A stretch of DNA of 64,000 nt from an uncultured Clostridia bacterium. Lineage in GTDB: Bacteria > Bacillota > Clostridia > TANB77 > CAG-508. This document shows positions 18,233-27,380 of the stretch, piece by piece. The number at the start of each line of letters is the position of its first letter. Positions within the stretch are counted from its first letter, which is position 1. The position numbers were made by a program, and so were the translations under genes. The stretch lies in assembly GCA_947627935.1 (NCBI GenBank), contig CANQXY010000001.1:15495-79494 (forward strand), given 5' to 3'. Below the pieces are notes generated by a model, which was not told where the DNA came from, did not search any database, and was given only the letters and a program-made list of their open reading frames with translations.

Positions 18233-19981
18233 TTGAAATTAAATAAATTAATATCAATAACAATAATCTTTACAATTTTTTCAAGTATTATTTTTAATTT
18301 AATAATAAGTTCCAATACTTATGCTGTAACTCAAAATATAAGCACAAGCATTGATAAAATCGATGATAAAAAATATCCAGGAGTAAAGAAACTAATAAAA
18401 GAATTACAAAAAAATCATCCAAAATGGAAGTTTAAAGTATTATATACAAATTTGAGTTGGAATACTGTAATTGCAAATGAATATGTTGGGCATGGAAAGT
18501 CTCCAAAAAATCTATCACCAGCTAATATGAATAATTATTCAGGAGATTGGATTTGCTCTATTTGTGGAAATAGAAAGTATGATAGTGGTAGTTGGGTATG
18601 TGCATCAGAATCTGCAATAAAATATATGATGGATCCTAGAAATTCATTAAATGAGTTAGATATATTTCAATTTCAAGAATTAACATATGATAATTATAAT
18701 GAAAAAACTATAAAATCAATGGTAAAAGAAACTTTTATAGATAATACAGAATGTATAAAAGCAATAAAAGATGCTTCAAAAACATATAATGTAAGTCCTT
18801 ATTATATAGTTGCTAGAATATTACAAGAACAAGGAAAATCTGGATCAGTATTGACAAAAGGTAAAGGTTATAATGGAAAATATAAAGGCGTATATAATAT
18901 ATTTAATATAGGTGCAAATGGAAATGGAAAAAGTAGTGTTATTGAAAATGGATTAAAAACAGCGCAAAAAAACAAATGGACAAGTTTAGCACTATCAATA
19001 AAAGGTGGAGTTGAATTTATTTCAAAAGATTATATCAAAAAAGGACAAAATACATTATATTTCCAAAAATTTGATGTAGAAAATTCTGATAATAGTTTAT
19101 ATTGGCATCAATATATGCAAAACATATTAGCTGCTCAAGAAGAAGGAGAAAATTTAAGAGAAACATATCTAAATATAGATGAAACACTAAATAGTGAATA
19201 TACATTTATTATACCTTTATATGAAGATATGCCAAATATAGCATGTGCTAGACCTTCTACTACATCTTCAGTGGTTTCTACTGATTTAGTTAGAGTAAAT
19301 GTAAATACTAATATAAAATTAAGAAAAGAACCTAATGGAAGTTCAATTAATGAATATTTATATAAAGACGAAATAGTTACAAGATTAGAAAAAGCAACTA
19401 AAAAAGTAGGTGGAACATACTGGGATAAAATTATGAAATCAAATGGAATAGTTGGATATGTTGCTAGACAAACAGATGAAAATGAAAAGTATAAATTATA
19501 TTTAGTTCCTATAAATGATGAAACAAATGAAAACAATGAGGAAAATAATTCAAATAATGAAATTAATAATAACTCAAATGGAAATAATGCAATTAGTAAT
19601 AAAAAGGTTAAATTAGATAAAGATACAAGTATTGTTACTATAATCCCTGGAACTAAAGTATCTGATATTATAGAATTACTTGGAAAAGATACAGTTATAG
19701 TTGATGCAAATAAAAACAAATTATCTTCATCAAAAATAGCTGGAACTGGATGTAGGGTAGATGATAAATATACAATTGCTATGCTTGGAGATTTAAATGG
19801 AGATGCAACAATAAATTCAGGTGATTTACTACTAATGAAAAAATATTTGTTAGGAACTCATAAATTTACAAAAGTTTCTGAAAATGTTGCTATAGATGTT
19901 AATAATGATGGAAATGTAAATTCAGGTGATTTATTAATGATAAAGAAACAATTATTAGGAACTTCTAAAATCTCACTATAA
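18233..19981 (+). CDS. Secreted cell-wall hydrolase: GH73-like N-acetylglucosaminidase domain + SH3b domain + C-terminal type-I dockerin (two Ca-binding repeats)
   Basis: A TTG start lies 5 nt after the RBS agaggtgg, followed by a signal peptide (...NTYA). The glucosaminidase-like region is YYIVARILQEQGKSG...YNIFNIGANG. The SH3b region is KLRKEPNGSS...GYVA. The dockerin repeats are DLNGDATINSGDLLLMKKYLLG and DVNNDGNVNSGDLLMIKKQLLG. Confidence 0.7.
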   Translation: MKLNKLISITIIFTIFSSIIFNLIISSNTYAVTQNISTSIDKIDDKKYPGVKKLIKELQKNHPKWKFKVLYTNLSWNTVIANEYVGHGKSPKNLSPANMNNYSGDWICSICGNRKYDSGSWVCASESAIKYMMDPRNSLNELDIFQFQELTYDNYNEKTIKSMVKETFIDNTECIKAIKDASKTYNVSPYYIVARILQEQGKSGSVLTKGKGYNGKYKGVYNIFNIGANGNGKSSVIENGLKTAQKNKWTSLALSIKGGVEFISKDYIKKGQNTLYFQKFDVENSDNSLYWHQYMQNILAAQEEGENLRETYLNIDETLNSEYTFIIPLYEDMPNIACARPSTTSSVVSTDLVRVNVNTNIKLRKEPNGSSINEYLYKDEIVTRLEKATKKVGGTYWDKIMKSNGIVGYVARQTDENEKYKLYLVPINDETNENNEENNSNNEINNNSNGNNAISNKKVKLDKDTSIVTIIPGTKVSDIIELLGKDTVIVDANKNKLSSSKIAGTGCRVDDKYTIAMLGDLNGDATINSGDLLLMKKYLLGTHKFTKVSENVAIDVNNDGNVNSGDLLMIKKQLLGTSKISL

Positions 19982-19996
19982 AGTAGGGAGGAAAAA

Positions 19997-21331
19997 ATGA
20001 AAAAAAGTATAAAAATATTATTAATTTTAATTTTTGCATTCGCTTTTTTATCAATTATATCAAGAGTAGAAGCGGCAAGTGCATCAATAAGTGCAAGCAA
20101 GTCTACTGCCACAGTAGGAGATAGTGTTACTATAAATATATCTTTTAATGCTGCTGCATGGAATTTAACAGTTAGTGGTGCAGGATTATCTAGTTCTTAT
20201 GCAGATGTTACTTCAAATGGAGAAAATGCAAAAACATCTAAATCATTTAAATTAAATACATCGTCTACTGGAACAAAAACAGTTAAATTAACAGGAGATG
20301 TAACAGATGGTAAAACAGGTGTTACAACACAAGTAAACAAATCTGTTACTGTAACTATAAATAAAAAAGAGACAAATAACAACAATAACAACAATAACAA
20401 TAATAATAATAATAATAACGGCAATGCATCTAATCAATCAGAAAATAATACACCTACAACTCCTGAACCAACATTTACATCTGTTAATGAAACTGTTTAT
20501 GCATTAAGTAAAGCAAATGTAAGAAGTTCATATAGTACAAGTTCTTCAATAGTAGGATCATTAAAAGTAGGAGATAGTGTTACAAGAACTGGAATTGGAA
20601 GTAATGGTTGGAGTAAAATAACATATAATGGAACTACTGCATATGTAAGTAGTGGTTTAATAACAAAAACAAAACCAAAAGAAGAAGAACCACAAGAAAA
20701 CGAGAATAATGACGATGAGAACGAAGAAAATGAAAAAACTAAACTAGTATTAAGTTCATTAAAAATAGAAAACTATGATTTAAATCCAGAATTTTCTAAA
20801 GATATATATGAGTATGAAGTAAATATAGAAAATGATGTAGATGATTTAAAAATAGATGCCATATCAGATGACACTGATGTTACAATTGAAATTGATGGAA
20901 ATAAAAATTTAAAAGTTGGAGAAAATAATATAACTATAACAATTTCAAAAGAAAAAACAAAAGAAGAAACAATATATAAAATAAAAGCAATCAAAGAAGA
21001 AAGTAATAATGTAGAAGTTGTTGCAAAAATAAATCAAGATTTATTAAATGAAGAAATAGATAGAACAAATAGCAATTTAAAAGTAAGAGAATGGACAATA
21101 AGAGGAATAATTATATTTGTAACAATACTAATTATAATAATATTTATATTAAGATTTTTTACAACAAGAGAAGATAATCAAGATTATGAATATAATTATG
21201 TTAATATTAAAGAAAAATTTAATGAATTAAATGATGACTCAGAAGTTAAAGATGAAAATGAAAATCAAAGATTTGATTATGAAGAAGAAAGTCCAAAAAT
21301 AAATAAAAGAAATAAAGGTAAACATTTTTAA
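19997..21331 (+). CDS. Surface protein: signal peptide, Ig-like domain, 15-residue poly-Asn tract, SH3b domain, cadherin-like beta-sandwich domain, C-terminal TM anchor
   Basis: The RBS is gggagg. The poly-Asn tract is NNNNNNNNNNNNNNNGN (about 20374-20422). The cadherin-like region is LSSLKIENYDLNPEFSKDIYEYEV. The C-terminal anchor is IIIFVTILIIIIFIL. Confidence 0.65.
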   Translation: MKKSIKILLILIFAFAFLSIISRVEAASASISASKSTATVGDSVTINISFNAAAWNLTVSGAGLSSSYADVTSNGENAKTSKSFKLNTSSTGTKTVKLTGDVTDGKTGVTTQVNKSVTVTINKKETNNNNNNNNNNNNNNNGNASNQSENNTPTTPEPTFTSVNETVYALSKANVRSSYSTSSSIVGSLKVGDSVTRTGIGSNGWSKITYNGTTAYVSSGLITKTKPKEEEPQENENNDDENEENEKTKLVLSSLKIENYDLNPEFSKDIYEYEVNIENDVDDLKIDAISDDTDVTIEIDGNKNLKVGENNITITISKEKTKEETIYKIKAIKEESNNVEVVAKINQDLLNEEIDRTNSNLKVREWTIRGIIIFVTILIIIIFILRFFTTREDNQDYEYNYVNIKEKFNELNDDSEVKDENENQRFDYEEESPKINKRNKGKHF

Positions 21332-21335
21332 AAAA

Positions 21336-21360
21336 GTAAGAAAGATTTTTCTTTCTTACT
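21336..21360 (+). terminator. Hairpin terminator after the surface-protein gene (agtaagaaagatttttctttcttact)
   Basis: A perfect 9-bp stem with a weak T tract lies immediately upstream of tRNA-Thr. Confidence 0.4.
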
Positions 21361-21368
21361 CTTTATAT

Positions 21369-21444
21369 GCTATTATAGCTCAGTTGGTAGAGCAACAGAT
21401 TCGTAACCTGTAGGTCGGCGGTTCGATTCCGCCTAATAGCTCCA
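21369..21444 (+). tRNA. tRNA-Thr (anticodon CGT)
   Basis: Hand-folded cloverleaf: acceptor GCTATTA/TAATAGC, D-arm GCTC-AGTTGGTA-GAGC, anticodon loop TTCGTAA, T-arm GGCGG-TTCGATT-CCGCC, discriminator T and an encoded CCA. Confidence 0.9.
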
Positions 21445-21608
21445 ACAACGAATTCGTTTGAACTTTATAGAACAGATATATAAATATCATTCTGAAAAAG
21501 AATGGTATTTTTTTATTATTTTTATTTTCAGTATGAATTACATCGTCCTCGAGTTTTGAACATTGGTCAAAACTCATAGTGGGTTAGGACTTGTGACGAG
21601 ATCAAAGT
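21445..21608 (+). repeat. About 160-nt repeat (copy B) immediately 3' of tRNA-Thr, homologous to the sequence 3' of ssrA
   Basis: It is about 85% identical to 13260..13417, including the terminator hairpin (tcattctgaaaaagaatgg + T-run) and the GAGTTTTGAACATTGGTCAAAACTC box. Confidence 0.6.
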
Positions 21609-21819
21609 TTGTATCTGGCGAAAAAATATAAAATTACTTTGAAAAATTTTATCAAATATAAATTTGTAGTGTTTACAATTGAAGAAATTGAGAGAAATAA
21701 AATTGAATTGTATTTATTCAATAGTGTAAAAATAAATATTATAAATTTCAAAGAAAAAACACTATTTTTTGTCAAAAAAAGAGAGAGCTTTAATAAAAAC
21801 TCTCTCTGTTCCTATCTTG

Positions 21820-21966
21820 CTAAAAGCCATATTCATCGTGCTTCTTTTTTCTTGCTTCAAATGGGTCTTTTTTCTGTTTTTGAGTCTCTTTCATCCACTT
21901 TTGGTATTTCTCCCAATCTTTTTGTCTTTCTTCTGCTCTACGATTTCTTGGTAAATTGACTTTCAT
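21820..21966 (-). CDS. Small highly basic protein (48 aa: MKVNLPRNRRAEERQKDWEKYQKWMKETQKQKKDPFEARKKKHDEYGF)
   Basis: Hand translation of the reverse strand. The RBS aggagg lies 6 nt upstream. A perfect terminator hairpin (aaaaagagagagcttt-attaaag-ctctctcttttt) lies directly downstream. The overlapping forward ORFs 21609..21959 and 21769..21954 are considered spurious. Confidence 0.4.
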   Translation of the reverse strand: MKVNLPRNRRAEERQKDWEKYQKWMKETQKQKKDPFEARKKKHDEYGF

Positions 21967-22087
21967 GATGGAACCTCCTTAATTTTATTTTCCTTATTGG
22001 GAATATATATATAATACCATATATTTAATATATTTACAACTTTTGTTAGAAATAATACCCATAAAATGATTTATATTTGTATAAATT

Positions 22088-22140
22088 CACTAAAAGAGAA
22101 AAGTTGTAGATAACTACGACGTCCGCTCCATTAAGTAAAA
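22088..22140 (+). repeat. Putative right-end remnant of the tRNA-Thr-associated mini-element (AAGTTGTAGATAACTACGACGTCCGCTCCA), related to 14660..14700
   Basis: 24 of 30 nt are identical to the ssrA-side motif. Upstream it shares TGTATAAATT/TGTATGATAAATT. GCTCCA resembles the tRNA-Thr 3' end (AGCTCCA). Confidence 0.35.
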
Positions 22141-22556
22141 TCGTTGGACTTTGGCAAAAGTATTGATAAATCAACTGTAAAGGGTTGTTTTTTTGATGCC
22201 TTTAATTTTAAACGAAAGGATTGTGTGAGATGATTACTGTAATCAAAAAGGAAATTGAGTTAGAATTGAACAAAGAAAAACCAAAATTGATTAAATTAGT
22301 TGCAGTAAAAAGTGATAAAAATTTTTCAATAACTAAACAAGAAAATTATAAAAGTGGTGCAATAATAAATAAAGAAAAATGAAAAAATAATAGGAAAATT
22401 TCTGTTCAAAATGATTTTTGTATTCCATTGGTACTCTATCAAGCACTGAATTTTCCTCTATAGTCAAAATAATAAACGAATAAAAAAATATTTTATGGTT
22501 TAAATATTATGAAATAAATTAAAGATAACCGGCAACAACATTGCCGGTTTAGAGGT

Positions 22557-22850
22557 TCATTCCACATCAACTTTGTGATTAAGAAACCATCCAGTTATTT
22601 TAGCTCCACCTTCATCCCTTACAATAACATATGCCTGCATTATAGAAGCAAAATCTGTAAAGATGCTGAAATCAGAGCAATCTTCTGGATACAAAAGAGT
22701 AATATTATCTATTTCACCATCATAATCTTTTGACCGTTCTAGCAATTTGTTAGATAAATTAATGAGACCAATTTGATGTTGTTGAGATAAATTCTTACTC
22801 TCTTTCCAAAATTGTTGATAACTTAAAAGTTCTTTGGAATTTAATTTCAT
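22557..22850 (-). CDS. Hypothetical protein (97 aa)
   Basis: A strong RBS (ggagg, 6 nt spacing) is present. A hairpin terminator aaccggcaatgttgttgccggtt lies downstream. No motif was recognised. Confidence 0.55.
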   Translation of the reverse strand: MKLNSKELLSYQQFWKESKNLSQQHQIGLINLSNKLLERSKDYDGEIDNITLLYPEDCSDFSIFTDFASIMQAYVIVRDEGGAKITGWFLNHKVDVE

Positions 22851-23207
22851 AAATGTACCTCCATTTAATATTGAAATACTACTGAGTGCAATAAAATTAT
22901 ATCACATTATATTATATAATACAATGAAAAGATAATATAAACTGTACATACTCAAAATAATTTTTCTTCATTCTGTCCTTAATATAATATATTTTATAAA
23001 TATAGGTTTACAATAGATATGTCACACTAAGATATAAAAAAAGAAATACCAATATGATATAATGTTTTTAACCACAAAAACTAATATTGAAAGAAAATAT
23101 TTCCTATGAATAGTATAACATAAGCAATTAATTAAAAGATAAGAGCTAAAATAGCCTAATTTTAAGCTATTTTAGCTCCAAAAGTAATCATACTATCGAT
23201 TTTTATT

Positions 23208-23774
23208 TTAATTATCATTAATTTCAGCCAATTTAGTAGAAAGATTATCTAAATTAACTATATATGTTATATAATCATCTTCTGTTGAAATTACTAGAGT
23301 GTTATCATCTTTTGATACATTTGCATATGTAACATAATTATCTACATTAGTATCATCTATATTAAGTTTTTCTAACTTGGCATCTAATTTTTTTAATATA
23401 TTCTCAAATCTATCAACTATATATAAATTTTTTTCAGCATCTATTGCTATAAAATACATAGATTCAGCTCCTGCAATTTCTGTCACCCATTTTTTAGTAC
23501 TAAAATTATATAGACTTTGCTCATCACTTATATTGATTTCTTTAATAATATATAAAGAATTATTAGATAAAGTATTTTTTGTGTTATCTTCTAATTCATT
23601 TATAGTTTCATTTAAACCATTTACTTGAGCTTGAAGGTCTGCGAATTTTTGAATTTCTGTTGTCTTATCACTGTTAAGTTTATAAATAAATATTCCCATT
23701 ATTATTATTGTAATTATTGATAGTAGTAGAAGAAATATTGATAAATTTATTTTTGTAAATTTTTTTTCTTCCAT
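23208..23774 (-). CDS. Hypothetical membrane-anchored protein (N-terminal TM, coiled-coil, beta-rich C-terminal domain)
   Basis: The 188-aa ORF has the hydrophobic segment INLSIFLLLLSIITIIIMGIFIY near the N-terminus. Confidence 0.55.
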   Translation of the reverse strand: MEEKKFTKINLSIFLLLLSIITIIIMGIFIYKLNSDKTTEIQKFADLQAQVNGLNETINELEDNTKNTLSNNSLYIIKEINISDEQSLYNFSTKKWVTEIAGAESMYFIAIDAEKNLYIVDRFENILKKLDAKLEKLNIDDTNVDNYVTYANVSKDDNTLVISTEDDYITYIVNLDNLSTKLAEINDN

Positions 23775-23952
23775 TTTTACACCAACTTTCTTTTTTAAAA
23801 TAACTTATACAACTGAACTATATCATATATTTTATTTTGTTGTCAATTATATTTAAAATTCACTAAAATTGACTTTAAATAAAAAATATTATATAATATA
23901 TTCATGTTTTTTAAACATTTCAAACATGCATTGAAAGGGGAGTTGCATCATT

Positions 23953-24156
23953 ATGAAGAAATTTAAAAAAATATGTCGGAGCATTATTGTTTTTCTATTA
24001 ATAATTGGCATAAGTATAGTGCCTACGCTGATTTTTAGAACAAGAGATGAAGTGAAAATTCTATTTCGGAAACCTGAATATTGGGCCATTAGTATACTTA
24101 TCTCTGTAATTATCACATGGCAAGTTGTACAGGATATGAACAACTCTAAAAAGTAA
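23953..24156 (+). CDS. Small membrane protein (67 aa, two TM)
   Basis: The RBS is aaagggga. The terminator hairpin aagtgcaaccatgcttctcttgtagagaagcatggt follows. Confidence 0.4.
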   Translation: MKKFKKICRSIIVFLLIIGISIVPTLIFRTRDEVKILFRKPEYWAISILISVIITWQVVQDMNNSKK

Positions 24157-24384
24157 GTGCAACCATGCTTCTCTTGTAGAGAAGCATGGTAATTTTATTT
24201 AAAAATGTTAAATTTTATTGTAATAGATAAAAGTAAAATAATTCAAAAAGTAAATTTTTCTATATTCTTTAATTTAAACTTAAAATATTGAAAAAAACTA
24301 AAACTTATGTTAAAGTAAAAATAATAGTGAAGATCAGTTATAAATTATAACAAAAATATAAAATAAATTAATTTGGAGGTTGTA

Positions 24385-24996
24385 ATGTTAGAAGAATTAA
24401 AAGCAGTTGTTGGTTCTAATGAAAAAATTTTATATGAAGGTAAACCTAATAAAAAATGTTATATTTTTGAAAGTATTTTTAATCCATTATTACCTTTTGC
24501 ATTAATATGGGCATTTGTTGATTTCTTTATTATAGGTTTTTCTTTTTTTATAGAAGGTGATAGAGAAGTATTATTTTTTGCCATTCCTTTTATGTTGATA
24601 CATTTAATGCCTGTTTGGATTTATTTAGGTGGTATTTTATTTGTTGTTAAAAAGTATAAAAATACAGCATATATTGTTACAGATAAAGCTATATATGTAT
24701 CAAGTGGAGTACTTACAGTAAATATTAATACTAAACCTTTTGCTGAATTATCTCATATAGATTTATATAGAGGTATTTTTGATCAAATGTTTAATGTAGG
24801 AGATATAGTAGCAACATCTAATCAGCTAAAACAAAATGGAACAAATACTACTATAGTTATTAATAGTATTTCAGATTATCTAGATGTCTATAATTTAGTA
24901 AAAAAATTACAAATTGATATTTATAGTGATGTAATGTATCCTAATGATAAAAGACCACCAGAAAATCATGGATATAACACACAATATAAAGGATAG
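24385..24996 (+). CDS. Membrane protein with bacterial PH-like domain (YdbS/YdbT, DUF304-like)
   Basis: The RBS ggagg lies 5 nt before the ATG at 24385. There are two N-terminal TM helices, then a ...AYIVTDKAIYVSSG... PH-like region. A terminator lies at about 25011-25045. Confidence 0.6.
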   Translation: MLEELKAVVGSNEKILYEGKPNKKCYIFESIFNPLLPFALIWAFVDFFIIGFSFFIEGDREVLFFAIPFMLIHLMPVWIYLGGILFVVKKYKNTAYIVTDKAIYVSSGVLTVNINTKPFAELSHIDLYRGIFDQMFNVGDIVATSNQLKQNGTNTTIVINSISDYLDVYNLVKKLQIDIYSDVMYPNDKRPPENHGYNTQYKG

Positions 24997-25225
24997 TAAA
25001 TTCTAATATTTTAAACTAAAAGGTACTTGTGCATACAAGTGCCTTAGTTTTTGCAAAACGAAAATACATTGTTTTATTAAAAATATAAAGTAGAATTGTT
25101 TTTAATAACAAAATATGTTATAATAAAAATACGCATTGTACTTTACACAGCAAGTACAGAAAAATTAATAATTTTTTCTGGAGGAGCTGTGTAAGACCTC
25201 CAGAAAATTTTAAGGAGGAAATAGT

Positions 25226-25525
25226 ATGGGTGTTTTTAATTTATTTTCTAAGGATTTTAAGTGTACACATAATGATGAATATCCTCGGTATGAAAAGAAT
25301 ACTAGTCACATTAAATTGGTTGAGCCAAGTGTAGGAAGAATTGTTGAACTTCAGATAACTGAAGAGGATGTACGCTTTGAAAAAATATATAGGAATTCTT
25401 TAAATACCTATGTAAAATGTCTTATGCGGTATGGCGTACAATCTGAAGTAACTGATAAAGGAGTTCGACTTACATTTCCTAATGATGATATAGCAGAGGA
25501 TACACGTAAGATTTGGAGAAAATAA
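25226..25525 (+). CDS. Hypothetical protein (99 aa)
   Basis: A strong RBS (aaggagg) is present. Two tandem hairpins lie in the 5' UTR. No motif was recognised. Confidence 0.5.
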   Translation: MGVFNLFSKDFKCTHNDEYPRYEKNTSHIKLVEPSVGRIVELQITEEDVRFEKIYRNSLNTYVKCLMRYGVQSEVTDKGVRLTFPNDDIAEDTRKIWRK

Positions 25526-25668
25526 TTTAACACAATTATAGTGAGAGGGCTTTAAATGCCTTCTCATTATTTTTTATTTTAGATATTCCTAAAATAACGA
25601 AATAAATAATTAAAACATATAATAAAATATAGCAGTATTATGTTATTACATAGAAAGGAGGTAATAAC

Positions 25669-26154
25669 ATGAGAAATATAAAATGCATTATAATAATTGT
25701 TTTATTAATATTAACAATGGCAGTAGGATATTCAGCATTTGCAACACAGTTAAATGTAAGTGGAACAGCTGAAATTATAGGAGAATGGAATGTAAGGATT
25801 ATTAATATAGAAGCAAAAAATGTTTCTGAAGGTTGTAATCCTGGAGAGCCGCAATATACTAATACAAGTGCAACATTTGAAGCTAAGCTAATAAAACCAG
25901 GAGATTCAATAACATATCTAATAACAATTGAAAATTCTGGAACTATTGATGCAACTTTAGATGATGTAATTTTTAAAGAAGAAGAAAATGGATCAGAAGC
26001 TATTAAATTTACAACGACAGGGATTGCTCCTACTTTAGAACCAGGTGCTCAAACTACATTAAATGTAAAAATTGAATATGATTCAAAAACTACTGAAGTT
26101 CCATCAATAAAAACGAAAACAATAACTGGTATTATAAATTATGTACAAAAATAA
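25669..26154 (+). CDS. Secreted protein with SipW-cognate-type signal peptide (TasA/camelysin-like small beta-sandwich protein)
   Basis: The N-terminus MRNIKCIIIIVLLILTMAVGYSAFATQLNVSGTAEI resembles SipW-dependent signal peptides. The protein is 161 aa and beta-rich. It lies directly upstream of a SipW-type peptidase gene. The RBS is aaaggagg. Confidence 0.55.
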   Translation: MRNIKCIIIIVLLILTMAVGYSAFATQLNVSGTAEIIGEWNVRIINIEAKNVSEGCNPGEPQYTNTSATFEAKLIKPGDSITYLITIENSGTIDATLDDVIFKEEENGSEAIKFTTTGIAPTLEPGAQTTLNVKIEYDSKTTEVPSIKTKTITGIINYVQK

Positions 26155-27368
26155 TGGGAAAAATTTTATTTCCCATTATTTTTAAAACTGGAGGTACAAA
26201 GATTAAAAACATGAAAAATAAAAATATATTACTTATTATAGTTTTTTATCTATTTATAATAATTATATTAAATATTACAAATTATATATTTTATAATGCA
26301 GTAAATACGTTATTTTGGATGCTTATGCTAATTTATTTAATATGGGATATAAAAAATTCATATATAAGATTTAAAAATAATATAAAGTATATTACATATA
26401 TGATTATAATTTCAGCCATTCATATTATTATATATTTATACATTGGATTTTTATTAGGATTTTCAAAGAGTCCATATAGTCATCAAATATTAACAATACT
26501 AATAAATATTTTGCCTAAAATAATTATTATTTTTGGTATTGAAATAACAAGAACAGTAATTGTATTAAGAAATAAAAATAATAAAAAATTATTAGTAGTT
26601 ATAACAATACTACTTATATTAGCAGAAGTAAATTTTAATATGTTAATTACTACATTTCCAGATAAAGAATTACTATTCAAATATATTTGTTCTACAATAA
26701 TACCATTAATAACTTGTAATGTTTTATATACATACTTAACATTAAATTGTTCTTATTTAATAGTAATAATTTATCGATTATGTAAGGAATTAACAGTTTT
26801 TTTATTACCAATTTTACCTAATACAGATTGGTTTGTAACAGGCAGTTTTGAAACATTATTATCAGCAATAATTTATTTTATTTTTAAATATAAATTTTTT
26901 AAAGAGAAAAATCATGTTAAAGAAAAAATGAAAAATTTTTTTGAAGAAATGAGTTATATAATAACATTTATTTTATTATTTTCTTTAATATGTTTTATGT
27001 TAGGGTTATTTAAATACGAATCAATATCAATTCTTTCAAACAGTATGGCTCCTTATTTTAACAGAGGAGATGTTGTTATTTTCAAAAAAATTAATGATAG
27101 TGATTTAAGAAATATTCCCAAAAATTCTATTATTATTTATAGTATAGGAGATAAAAATATTGCTCATCGTATTGTAGACAAAATAGAAAAAAACAATAAT
27201 GTATTGTATCAAACAAAAGGTGATAACAATAATATTTCAGATATGAAATTAGTAAAAATAAATCAAATTAAAGGAGTATATGTTTTTCACATTAAATATA
27301 TTGGGTTTCCATCGATCTGGTTATATGAGTATTTTAATAATGAAAAAGCAGAAGTAAAAATAAAATAA
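26154..27368 (+). CDS. Signal peptidase I (S26, SipW/archaeal-ER type Ser-His) fused to a ~300-aa N-terminal polytopic membrane domain
   Basis: The C-terminal region carries ILSNSMAPYFNRGDVVIFKK (box B Ser), IAHRIVDK (His general base) and TKGDNN (box E). The N-terminal 300 residues are highly hydrophobic with about 8 predicted TM helices. The start may instead be the ATG at 26211. Confidence 0.65.
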   Translation: MGKILFPIIFKTGGTKIKNMKNKNILLIIVFYLFIIIILNITNYIFYNAVNTLFWMLMLIYLIWDIKNSYIRFKNNIKYITYMIIISAIHIIIYLYIGFLLGFSKSPYSHQILTILINILPKIIIIFGIEITRTVIVLRNKNNKKLLVVITILLILAEVNFNMLITTFPDKELLFKYICSTIIPLITCNVLYTYLTLNCSYLIVIIYRLCKELTVFLLPILPNTDWFVTGSFETLLSAIIYFIFKYKFFKEKNHVKEKMKNFFEEMSYIITFILLFSLICFMLGLFKYESISILSNSMAPYFNRGDVVIFKKINDSDLRNIPKNSIIIYSIGDKNIAHRIVDKIEKNNNVLYQTKGDNNNISDMKLVKINQIKGVYVFHIKYIGFPSIWLYEYFNNEKAEVKIK

Positions 27369-27380
27369 GGAGGAAATTTT

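Noticed and set aside
19135-20112. Minus-strand ORFs 19135..19719 and 19858..20112 overlapping the dockerin hydrolase and surface protein genes
   Set aside because: They are antisense shadows with no start context.
21380-21577. Minus-strand 65-aa ORF overlapping tRNA-Thr and the 160-nt repeat
   Set aside because: It overlaps a confidently folded tRNA and a non-coding repeat.
21609-21959. Plus-strand ORFs 21609..21959 and 21769..21954
   Set aside because: They have no RBS and run through a perfect hairpin terminator. A reverse-strand 48-aa ORF with RBS AGGAGG plus that terminator explains the region better.
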